Shown here piece after piece: positions 53,540 through 64,000 of a DNA stretch of 64,000 bases; the stretch's first letter is position 1, and each line of letters begins with the position of its first letter. A program made the translations under genes and the position numbers. Under the pieces are notes generated by a model. The model was not told the DNA's origin. It worked only from the letters and a program-made list of their open reading frames with translations, and searched no databases. The stretch is from Schmidtea nova (taxonomy: Eukaryota): assembly GCA_044892505.1 (NCBI GenBank), contig CM097882.1:293632001-293696000 (forward strand), read 5' to 3'.

Positions 53540-54160
53540 ACTTAAAATATAAGAATTCGACTATAAAAATTCATATTATAAAAATTAGAAATGGTATTAT
53601 TATATTATTAAACTTATAAAAAGTATTATAAAAATTTATAATATAAAAATTAGGAATTTTATTATTGTATTATTTCCATAAAATTATAAAACTAAAATTT
53701 ATAAAAAGTATTATAAAATTTATATTAGAAAAATTAAAAATTTTATTATTGTATTACTTTCATAAAATTACAAATTAAAAAATTTATAAAAAGTATTGTA
53801 AAAGTATATATTATGAAAATTATAAATTTTATTATTATATTCATAAAATTATAAATTAAAAATTTATAAAAAATTATTATAAAAATGTGTATTGTAAAAA
53901 AATTAGAAATTTTATTATTATATTACCTTCATGAAATTATAAATCTAAATCTTATAAAAAGTATTAGGAAAATGTGTATTGTAAAAATTAGAAATTTTAT
54001 TATCATAATTTTATAAAATTATAAATTTAAAATTTATGAAAAGTATTATAAAAATTTATAATATAAAAATTGGAAATTTTATTATTGTATTATTTTCGTA
54101 AAATTCTAAATCTAAAATTTATAAAAAGTATTATAAAAATTATTATTATTATTTTAATAT
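53540..54160. repeat. Degenerate AT-rich ~60-bp tandem repeats
   Basis: Recurring AAAATTAGAAATTTTATTATTGTATT..CATAAAATTATAAA..TTTATAAAAAGTATTAT. Confidence 0.7.
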
Positions 54161-55481
54161 AAAAATTATTATTATTATTTTAAATTTAAAAATATTTTAT
54201 ATAATTTATATATATATATATATATTATAAATACCCCCACGATATCTCAAAAATCATATTGCATCCCTATTTGCAAAAAATTACATCCATTTCATTCAAT
54301 AACATTTCCCATACCAATTCACAAGCAACATATATTTAAAATACAATATACACACATACACAGTATCATTTATTAGCATTCAATAGTTATATACACACAA
54401 GCAAACAATACTGAAAATTCTACACTGTTAAGTTAGTCGGCAACATACATCTAGAAAAACCATACAAAAATTTCTATCATTTAAACCTACCATATAAAAT
54501 TTAATATACCCAGCCAAATAGGCCATTTACTTTACAAATTATTTTTAATTTACAAAATTTTATAAAAATAATAAAAACTCAAACGAAAAAGAGTAAAGAC
54601 GAAAAAATTTTTTATCTAAAGATTTATTGATAAAAATTCAGTTTGTGGGATAAGAGTCCCCGGCAAGGATTTTTTTTTCGGTTTGTAGTACTTGAAGGGC
54701 CATTCCCCACATATTCTCTTCAAGAAATTTTCTAAAATTGATCAAAATAAATTATAATTCTGAAATAATAAAAATTTTACTTGGTTGGTAGAGCGGGCTA
54801 TTTTGCTTCATAGGAGCTCGAGTTTTGATCGGATTGACCCGTTTGGGGTGGGAGAATTTTCCTCTGGTATCGTAGTTTCTGGAAAGGTCCATTTCTTGTT
54901 GATCTGAACTATAGTAATAGTTAATTTATCAATTTAGCGAAAATTTCAGGAAATTACATTTAAAATTAATATAAGTTTTAAATTGAGTAAATTTGTCCTT
55001 TTGATTAAATTAGCAATTTTAAACAAACGGAAATTTTATTTTTATTATTTCTAAACTCGATAAAATTACGGTAATAATTAAAATTTTTCTTAAATTTCAA
55101 ATGTAGATTAAAAATTTTCTATAAAATTATAAAATTTTATGTATTAATTATCGTAAAATGCAATATTGGTAAAAATAGGGTTATATTAGTGTTTTTGATG
55201 CTCGGAATAATTTATTTGGATGCAATAATGAATTTATAGTTATGTAGAGTGTTTAGGTTGAATTTCCGATAAAATTTTGTTGAATGTTTATAGATAAATC
55301 GTTGAAGAAGGGACAAAAATGGGCAATAAACCTTCTATCGGTAGCCCTTGGACCCAGGAGATATTCGGTCAATCATAGTTTCGTATTGACGACGCTCACT
55401 GATTGCGAATACCCACCCACTTGTTACAGTACCAACGTTACATAGTGACGGGTAACAAGGTGGTTATTTCAATATTTTATG

Positions 55482-55700
55482 TGTTGGGTTGTTGATGAGA
55501 GCCATAGTAACGTCAAGGTCATATTGACGATCAACGACCCACCAATATGATCTACTTCACTCGTGTACCCATAGTTATTCCCTAACTAACTATGTTGGTA
55601 CTGTGCACGGTGGCAAGAATCTAGTGAGCATGTGAGCTTCATTGCCGAAACTACTCCTCCTCATATTCTCTTTCGGGTTCATGTTGCCGATAGAAGGACT
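55482..55700 (-). mobile_element. LTR 3'-end (U5-like) fragment 'D' of the giant-element family
   Basis: Minus strand CCTTCTATCGGCAACATGAACCCG..GCAA hairpin..GCTCAC and TAGGGA-loop hairpin; ends near CAACCCAACA. Confidence 0.6.
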
Positions 55701-56433
55701 TACGCATCTGCTTACATTTCAGTCCTGTCACATGATTACATCGTAATTATCTATTACACCCTGCTATTACACATCTACCTTTATTCATCCTAAAATATTA
55801 AATATCGATTATAAAATGTTTCACTATAATTATGAATGTATATGTTTAATCCCTTTTCTCCAGCCAGAATTTGGCTCAAAGTCACCGCATCGGCGCAAAT
55901 CCTTAAGGATCGCGACCGAGAGGCCAGTGACCTTGTGGTCAGAAACCACTAAGGCCCATCTTATTGAGTTTACTAGGTATATTATGAGAGTTTACCCGGA
56001 AATGAATAAAACAAAAATTTACTTCAAAAGTTTTATTGTAAATTACAAAAATGATAACAACAAACTATTACCATCAAATAAAATACAAAACCATATTTAT
56101 GAGTTTGACTGGCTGGTGAAATGCAAAATTTTACTTACTGCTTATTGACGCTCACATATGTTATTATTTAAATAATTATATAACTATTTAAACTTACTTA
56201 TTAGTTTTAATAAATGAGTATTTATTTATTTTTTGTAAATTTAATTTTATAATTCAATTTATTTATTTCGATTTATTGATTTATAATCCGTTAAATGATG
56301 TGTGTATCCATCATTTTTGTGCATTAATTGACTGATTTAAACAATCAAATTTTATTTTTTTTATTCTTATCTCTTATTTTTACAATATTTCATTGGGGAA
56401 TTTTTTTATAATTTTTAATAAATATTTTTTTAT

Positions 56434-57350
56434 TGTTGGGCCAAAACTGCAAATTGTTTAAATGAAGCGGTAACACAATACGTAGAGAGCGCGCAAGATT
56501 CTAATTTAACCAAAGCATCAAGTAAAATTGAAGTAGTTAAGTGGAAACACACCTAAATATTAAAGTGGACCAAAGTGCATTAACAAGTAGAGAGCGCGCA
56601 AGACTCTAATCTAAAGTCCCTTAATCAAAACATCAAGAAAAAATCAAAATGGTTAAAAGAAGCAAGTCTTAAAAGCTAGAATAGACAAAAAACACATCGA
56701 ATATGCACGTGGAGAACGCATTCATGATATAAAACCTCGGTTGTTGAAAATTAGCATGTTTGCAGAAGGAAGATTACGATTTTATCTTAAAAATTCGTAA
56801 AAATATAAAGGAAAATGATTTTGATCAAAATTGCAACAAATTAAATCAAATTAGAATAAACTTTAATTCAAAAGTAAAATTTTGGATTAAAAAGAAATTA
56901 TTTAAAGTTTTATGAAAATTTGATGTAAAATTATTAATTTAGTTTTGCGGAAAATTGTTGAAATTAATTTCAAGAAAATTAAAATCTCCTTCCAGAACGA
57001 TTTGTTTTAATACCTCAATGGAATTTAAAAATGCAGAAAATTTTATATAAATACCTCCAACCAAATGGAGAGAATCAGCATAAAGCATAATGCTATTTTG
57101 CAAAAGATTTGCGAAGAAATTTTGTTGCTAAAAGTTTTGAGGTTTTTAGCAGGGAAATTTTAACAAAGAATCTCTTACTACTAATATACCAGTGTGACTC
57201 TACCAGAATATTACGAAAGAAGATTATTTTTGATCGTGAATCGAATTATTCGTAAGAAACTTGATTTTGTTTCCTAATTATAAAGGCATGCGAAATCATG
57301 CCCTCGCTACCCGGCCTAGGTATTTTTCCTTATTTTAACTTTATTCTATA
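56434..57350 (+). mobile_element. LTR 5'-end (U3-like) fragment 'F', homologous to the start of E
   Basis: TGTTGGGCCAAAAC..GTAGAGA(A/G)CGCGCAAGATTC shared with 51264 onward; TATAAATACC at ~57045. Confidence 0.6.
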
Positions 57351-57630
57351 TGTGTACTAAAACCATAGGTTAACAAATAGAATGAAAAATTTACATATTA
57401 CCAACATATTAACCTATTTTTGTTGTTTTGTTTGTTTTGTTTTGTTTTTGTTTTGTTATGTTTTACAACAATTTAACACAATAATTTACATATTTACAAA
57501 AAGATAAAAAACTGTACAATAAACTTTGTTTGTGCAATGTTTTGTTTGTGTATGTTTGTGGTTTTTTTATTTGAAGCAGTCGCTAAATCGTTTTTGTTCT
57601 GGTGTGATTGCTGTGTTTTGTCGAATGTTT

Positions 57631-60600
57631 TTATTGTGTTTTTTCGCTGAATGTTATGTGTTTTTGTTTTGTTGGGGTTTTGTCTGGAGGGTTTTGGTTG
57701 AGGTCATTGTTGGGTGGTGGTAGTTTGTTTTCATAAAATGGTTTTAATCGGCGTATGTTTATTTTAACTGCCTTGTTGTCTTTTACGATAGTGCCGACGT
57801 TTTTGTACAAATTTAGTAATTTGTATGGACCTTCGTATTTTGCTTCGAAGCCACTGGTGAAAGGTTTCTTTATTAGGACTTTGTTTATTATTAGCCTGGT
57901 TTGGTTTTGTGTTTGGTTTTGTGTTTGTTGATTGTTTTTGTTTTTCAGAAGGCTTTTTAGTTTGATTATTTGTGGTTCGTTGATTTTGTTGTTTGTCTTT
58001 AGTTTGTTTTCTGTTTCGTCGTTTAGGTTTGGAAGGTTTGTGTTGTGTCCAAATACCGATTGGCTAGGACTTTTATCGTTAGAACTTGAAGGGTTGTTGC
58101 TCAATCCTATCAAGATTTCATGTAATTTTTCCAGCCAGTTATTGTTATTGTTCGTTTTTGTTCTGATTGCTTGTTTTATCGATCGGTGCAATCTTTCCAC
58201 TTTTCCGTTTGATTGGGAGTTGTACGCTGTTGTTCTGCTTTTTGCAATGTTATATTTCTTGCAAAGACCTTTGAAAATGTCGAATTCAAATTGTCCACCT
58301 TGATCGCTGATTATTGTCTTTGGGCAACCATACCGTGCGAACCAATTTAGTTCTAATTTGTTTGCAAATCTTTGCTGCAGATATTTCCTTTATGGATATG
58401 GCTTCAAACCAGTTTGTTTTGCAATCTATTATTGTTAACAAATACTTGTGTTTGTTATTGGGTGGTAGAGGTCCGACTATGTCGATGTGTATTGTTTCGA
58501 ACGGCTCCGAACTTGGAAATTGTACCATTGCTGTTTTAAATTGTTTTTTTGTTTTTTTGTTTTTTTGACATTGTGGACCGTTTCTAACGAATGTTTTTAC
58601 GTCCCTTCTCATGTAAGGCCAGATTACTTTGGGGTGCAATAGTTCATATGTAGCTTTGTTTCCTGGGTGGTAAACGCTGTGGTATTTCTGCAGGTATTGT
58701 TCGCGGAATTCGGGTGGTACGATGATTCTTTTGTTATTGTCGTTAGCCGTGTCGTACCAGACTCCGTCTATTTCTTCCAATTTGAGCGAGTTCAACCTCG
58801 GGTACTCTGTTATTCTTTGCTTTTGTTTGGTTTTTAACTTTTCTAGCTCAATGATTGGTAGTATGTTTAGTGCGTTGATATCAGTTTCGATTCTTGATAA
58901 GGCGTCTGCACTTATATTAGCTGATCCTTCAATGTATTTTATTTTGCAATTAAATTGGGAGATATAATTCAATTGTCGTATTTGTCTCGGCGACGGGTTT
59001 CTCATATTCATTGCGTTTATAAAGGGTCTCTGATCAATATACACTTCGAATTCTTTACCTTCTAGTAGGTATTGGAAATGTCTGATCGTGTCGTGTAACG
59101 CTAATAACTCCCTGTCAAAAGTAGAGTATCTCATTTGATGCGTTTTCAATTTCTTTGAAAAGAATGCTATGGGTCGTTTTTCATTATTTTCCTCTTGAAA
59201 TATAGTTCCACCCATTGCTAGTCCTGAACAATCTGTGTTGACTATGTGTGGTAATTCCTGCTAGGGTAGCTTAGGATGCTTGCATTTTCCCGATTTTCCT
59301 TTGCTTGTTCAAATGCCGTTATTAAATTTTCGTTCCAATTTATTTTAATATTTCTCTTTATTTTGTTTAATTCGTTGAGAGGGCTAACATTTCGCTACAT
59401 TTTGGGATGTATTTGTGATAAAAGTTGATCATTCCTAGGAATCGTCTTAGTTATTTTGCTGTTTTGGGTAATGGATAGTTTTTTATTGCTTTTATCTTGT
59501 CATCTAGTGGTTTTGTTCCCGATTCATTCAACAAATGACCTAAAAATTGTATTTCAGTTTTTAAAAATTGGCATTTTTTTGTATTAATTTTTAGTTCATG
59601 CTTGTTGCGTATTTCCAACACGTTTTTTATGTTTTCGATGTGTTCCGATTTGGTTGTGAACGCAATAAGTATGTCGTCTAGGTAAGCGACTGTATTTCGT
59701 TGGTTTCGCAGGATTTGGTCCATAAAACGTTGAAACGTTGCCGCTGCGTTTTTCAAACCAAAAGGCATTCTGTTGTACTCAAAGAGGCCTAAGGGTGTGA
59801 TGATCGCTGTTTTTTATGTCTTCCGCTCTGACGGGAATTTGATGGTAGGCTTTTTCCAAGTCGATTTTGCTGAAGAGTTTGGGTTTGTTGAATCGGTTAA
59901 TTATATCATTTATGATAGGAATTGGATATTTGTCAGGTGTTGTGATGCTGTTTAGTGCTCTGTAGTCTCCACAAGCACGCCATTCACCATTTGCTTTTTC
60001 TTTAAGCATGAGAGCTGAGGACCAATTTAAATTAGAATGTTTGACGATTTGATTTTCTAATAGTTCGTCAAATATTTTCTTTCTTATTTCGAGTTTATTT
60101 TTGTCCAACTGCCTGATTTTTGCATGAACTGGATTGCCATTGCTTATTATTGCGTGTTCCGTTATTCATTTTGTTTCGATATTAGTTTGTAGTTTGTTTG
60201 TTATGTTTGGCATTGTTTGAATCAGTTTCATGATTTCGTTAGGTATATGCCCGTCTTTATTTTCTGATTTTAGTTTCTGTTCATACGTTTTTATTTCACC
60301 GTGTTGAGCTGCTATCACTCCAATGTCGCAGTTGCTTTGTTTTGTTGGATGGCTACTTTTGTTAATTGAGTTATTTGAATTGTTATGTATAATTTTCCCA
60401 TTTTTACAATCGACTAGTAGGTTGTATCTTGCGAGGAAATCTGCTCCTAATATGGCTTGTTTCACTTCTGCGATGGTGAAATGCCAATTGTATTTTATAT
60501 TATTGACGGAAATGTTGATGTTTTGTTTTCCGAATGTTTTGATAGGGCTGCTGTTTGCTGCGCATAAACTTGTGGTTTCTGTTTTTGTGTTTTTGTAAAG

Positions 60601-61771
60601 GTAGTTCGGCAATAAGGAAATTATTGAAACGGTATCAACGAAAAAGTTAATACCGTTGCTGTGCACCGTGAATGTTTGGCTGTCACCAATGGTCGGTGCG
60701 ATCATTGGTGACTTTATATGTTTTCCGGCTTTTAATTGTTGAAAGTACAAGTTGCGTTGCACTTGTACGCCTTGTCTCCAAATCTATTGTGAAAATAACA
60801 CCAATTTTCATTTTGTATGTAGTTTTGTTTGGGTTATTATATCGGTTAAAATTTGGTTTTTGCTCTGTGGGGTTGTTATGGTTATTTTGGTAACGGTTAA
60901 AGTTAGGGTTTTGTTCTGAACGGTTGTTTTGATTGATTTGGTTTCTTTTCGCTTCTCTCGCTTGTGCTTCTTGTAAGTCATTCCTGAGGTTCTTGTTTTC
61001 TGTTAAGACCTCGTCAACTTTCTTTATTAACGAGTTCATCAGTAGATTGGTATCATTGTTGGGGTTATCTCGTTCTTGACGGTTTTCTTGCTTGTTTTCC
61101 CACAGGTGTTGTTTTCGGTATGTTCTGCACACTGTTGGGAATATTTCGTCATTAATTTTGTCCGCGATATCGGCTTTTTTGTCGAGGTCTGTGCAGTCGT
61201 TTGCCACTAAGATGCGTCTTATTTCTTGCGGCATTGCCCTCATGAATAGGTTTTTCACGAAATCATTTTGACCCGCGCTTGTGATTTTGGGTTGCAAAAA
61301 TTCTAGTTTGCTTTTCAGATTTCGCTGAAATTCTCTTGGTTTGTCATTTACAAGCTGTATATCTGTTAGACAAGACTCCAAAACTTCCCTCCTGTTCACC
61401 TTATTTCAATTTACTAAGGTTGTGTATAGTAGGTTAAATGGGTCGTCGCTTTTCGCTATATCGTCGATTCGATCTGCAATTTCATTTAGAATATTGCTAG
61501 GTAGAGCGGTTAATATGTGGGAGCATAAGCTTTTTGTCGATTTGATTCCTGAAAGTGTCAATGTTAGTTTTGAGAACTCTAGCCATTTTTGGGGTGTGCC
61601 GTTCTCATCTGTAAAGTAATTTGGAGTGTTTGCCTTGGGGTTTATTATCGAATTTATGGTGTGGTGGTTTTCAGGGGTGTAATAATAGCTAGTATTCTCT
61701 TGTTGATTGGGTGTGGTTTCGTTGTTGTGTGTTTGGGGATTGTTTGTTAGGTTTTGTTGGTTCGATGCCAT
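57631..61771 (-). mobile_element. Degraded ordinary Ty3/gypsy element (gag-PR-RT-RH-IN, many frameshifts)
   Basis: gag 60683-61771, PR FFVDT..AILGADFL, RT WRACGDYRALN / MPFGLKNAAATFQR / YLDD, RH YSTFDRELLA, IN IHIDIVGPLP / ERLHRSIK. Confidence 0.9.
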
Positions 61772-61999
61772 TTGTCTTTATGTGTAGTGTTGTTTTGTTT
61801 TATTTTCTAAAATATGAAAAAAATGAGATTAACTGAAGGATATAGCCTACTGTGTTCGGCTAACAGAGTCAACTATCCTTTATAGTTCTATCAGTAATGT
61901 AATGATTATTAAAAAACAAGTTGTTTAAATAATCAACAAGAAGGAGTTGTTTTTAAAAATAAATATTAAGTTTTTCAATTGTTCAATTGTTTATTTTTG

Positions 62000-63196
62000 A
62001 TGTCAGATATTAAGATAGTTACTGGCGACCACGCCGAAATTAACGCAGTTAAAACACGTAGCCAAGATAAGAAATCAGCAAGAGATGTTTTACCAAAGAA
62101 GGCTCAAGAAATCTTAGACGTTGAAATTCGTAGATACGATGGAAGATGCGCTAAGGAAGCAGAAAAATGGATTAAAGCGATCGATGAGTGGATTATAAGA
62201 AATGATCTAAAACGGACGGAAGCTTTTGATTTGTTGTTATCGGAAGAAGCGTCAATCTTGTGGAAGAATTTCAAAACCGAAGACACATCAGAGGATGATG
62301 CTAGAGAATGGTTTATAGAAACATTCACTATAAAAAAGTCAATATTAGATAAAATCAAGGATCTTTCAACTATCAGACAAGATGACAACGAACGTTTTGC
62401 TACTTTCGAGATTCGAGTTCTCAAAATCGTGGAAGAAGTTTTATATTCAGGATTGTCAAAGGAAGAAATCGTAAGTGAGATTATTATGCACAGAGTGAGA
62501 GATAAAAGATTAAAAGAGGTACTTACGACGAAACCTAAGATGGATCACAAAGAGAGAAATGATTTAGCAAAAATTTATGAGAAAACAGAGGACAGATCTG
62601 AAGAAATTTTGGCAGTGAAACCAATGTCATATGCGGAAAAATTCAAAGAGGGTCTAAGAAATCGAGAGGAATTGGAGAGAGGAAAGCAAAGACCATATAT
62701 ACGGAAAGAACCCAGAAGTTTCGAAAACAAAGTGGAATACGGAAGATATGAACAACCAGAGTCCCAAAGATGGAAAGGACAGCAGACGGGTGAAAAGAAG
62801 ATGCCAACTGTATCTCTGAAACATATAGCCAAACGGTTATACAACAGAAATATGGGGTTACCAGAACCAAGGCCATGCGAACTCAAATCAGGTCAATGTT
62901 TTTGTTGCGGAGAAGAAGGACATAGGCGTTTTGAATGCCCTTTAAAGGATAAATGTTTGATTTGCGGGAAGAACGGACACAATTTTAGAAATTGTAACCT
63001 TCTGAATGAACGACGAGGTTACAACACCAACGTCAAGAAGATATCATGTATACACGAAGAAATGGAGGATCAGCAGATAAATAGTTATGATTTTAGAGAT
63101 GAATACGGAAGTGAGTGTCAACCACATGAAGTAGAAGTAAGAAAAAATGCCAACGATCCCATCGCACACATTTCGTCAATGGGATCGCAGATATAA
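62000..63196 (+). CDS. Ty3/gypsy gag with two CCHC knuckles
   Basis: IRQDDNERFATFEIRV; CFCCGEEGHRRFEC, CLICGKNGHNFRNC; PBS-like TGGCGACC at 62023. Confidence 0.8.
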   Translation: MSDIKIVTGDHAEINAVKTRSQDKKSARDVLPKKAQEILDVEIRRYDGRCAKEAEKWIKAIDEWIIRNDLKRTEAFDLLLSEEASILWKNFKTEDTSEDDAREWFIETFTIKKSILDKIKDLSTIRQDDNERFATFEIRVLKIVEEVLYSGLSKEEIVSEIIMHRVRDKRLKEVLTTKPKMDHKERNDLAKIYEKTEDRSEEILAVKPMSYAEKFKEGLRNREELERGKQRPYIRKEPRSFENKVEYGRYEQPESQRWKGQQTGEKKMPTVSLKHIAKRLYNRNMGLPEPRPCELKSGQCFCCGEEGHRRFECPLKDKCLICGKNGHNFRNCNLLNERRGYNTNVKKISCIHEEMEDQQINSYDFRDEYGSECQPHEVEVRKNANDPIAHISSMGSQI

Positions 63197-63214
63197 ATGA
63201 AGAAAATCGAAATG
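63142..63214 (+). promoter_or_regulatory. -1 ribosomal frameshift signal (A AAA AAU plus H-type pseudoknot)
   Basis: Heptamer 63142-63148 in the gag frame; stem 1 GATCCCAT/ATGGGATC; stem 2 CATTTCG/CGAAATG. Confidence 0.75.
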
Positions 63215-64000
63215 AAAGGAGAAGAAGCATGAAGTATCAGACGAGCGATGGAAGAGAATGGAGTAAAATGGTTATTAATACGGTTGAAGTAGAAATGTTA
63301 TGGGATTCGGGGGCATCAATATCAGTGATGAATGAAGAAACATGGATAAACATCGGAAAACCGAGGTTAGATGCAAGCGATTTGACGATTTGTGGCGTTT
63401 TTCCAGGAAGTAAAAGACCACTGGGACGTACTATGGTAGAGGCGAAATGGAACCAAAAACAGAGGAACATATGTATTGTTGTTATGAGGGATATTCGACC
63501 AGGATTTATTGGTGGAGTAGATACAATGAAAGCGTTCGGCATACAACTGGTGGAAGTGAAAAGTATTGAAGACAATGAGATCAAGACAAACATCAACGAC
63601 AAAGACCGACTATTAAAAGCGAAAACAGACTTGCTGAAAGAGGAAAATATCGAGCTCGAGAAATTAATCACGGATTTTGCTTCAATATTTATGGCAACCA
63701 AATTCGATTTAGGATATACCACGACAGTAGTACATAAAATTAAAACGACTGGTAATCCTGTGATGCAATATCCACGACGACAACCGATGCATCTGGAACG
63801 GAAGGTAGATGACTTAATACAAAAGTTAGTAGAAGCAAGGGTGATCAGGCGATGTCAGAGCCCATGGAACGCACCATTAGTCATAGTAGGAAAGAAAGAC
63901 GGATCGATCAGAATGTGTGCGGATTATCGGAGTCTAAATAGTCTGACAGAGAAGGAATCTTTTCCGATGCCGAATATCACACAGCTACTGGATTGCTTGG
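63142..64000 (+). CDS. Ty3/gypsy pol (PR and start of RT), -1 frame to gag, runs off the window
   Basis: Open frame: MLWDSGASISV, FIGGVD, SPWNAPLVIVGKKDGSIRMCADYRSLN. Confidence 0.88.

Larger units (their letters stand above)
51264..55480 (+). mobile_element. LTR-like relic 'E' of the giant-element family (probable long solo LTR)
   Basis: Starts TGTTGGGCC, TATA-like site at ~51863, U5-like structured motif at 55331-55460. No intact ORF; right boundary uncertain. Confidence 0.5.

Noticed and set aside
52402-56148. ORFs 52402-52773(-), 53039-53224 and 55816-56148
   Set aside because: No recognisable motifs; consistent with chance ORFs in LTR relic DNA.
51264-57350. E and F as the LTR pair of one element
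   Set aside because: Too diverged, no PBS or coding region between them, and an opposite-strand U5 fragment intervenes.

Overview
AT-rich eukaryotic (animal-like) DNA made almost entirely of nested transposons, plus one clear host gene: CCT4/TCP-1 delta (49056-50782, minus strand, three introns of 47-51 nt). The dominant feature is an intact, very young ~29.9-kb Ty3/gypsy-type LTR element ('B', 1489-31403, +). It has 3.24-kb near-identical LTRs, a 4-bp ATTT target-site duplication (TSD) and a tRNA-Pro-type PBS. One ~5650-aa ORF reads Gag(CA, 3xCCHC) - ubiquitin-like domains - Bcl-2-like domain - class III (chuvirus/gB-like) envelope glycoprotein - PR - RT - RNaseH - IN - ankyrin repeats - two duplicated FN3-like membrane modules. 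B also carries separate accessory ORFs: two inside each LTR, an IAP-type RING ORF in the leader, and a 3' cassette with a full-length intronless TRAF, two coiled-coil ORFs and a small membrane protein. B sits in a ~1-kb non-autonomous hAT element (16-bp TIRs, 8-bp TSD). The hAT splits the gag of a related giant element ('A', minus strand, 5' LTR 36037-39296, continuing beyond base 1). A abuts a 5'-inverted Penelope-like element, which interrupts the env of a third relative ('C', 0.95-kb LTR, Trp-type PBS). C is itself inserted in an IS630/Tc1-like transposase. Further right are a Tc1/mariner copy with a 160-bp inverted duplication, CCT4, LTR-like relics of the same giant family and two ordinary gypsy elements. 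The size and MATH-domain cargo recall the giant 'Burro' LTR elements reported from planarians (from memory, not verified here), so the host may be a flatworm (inference). All protein family calls come from motif recognition by eye; no searches were run.
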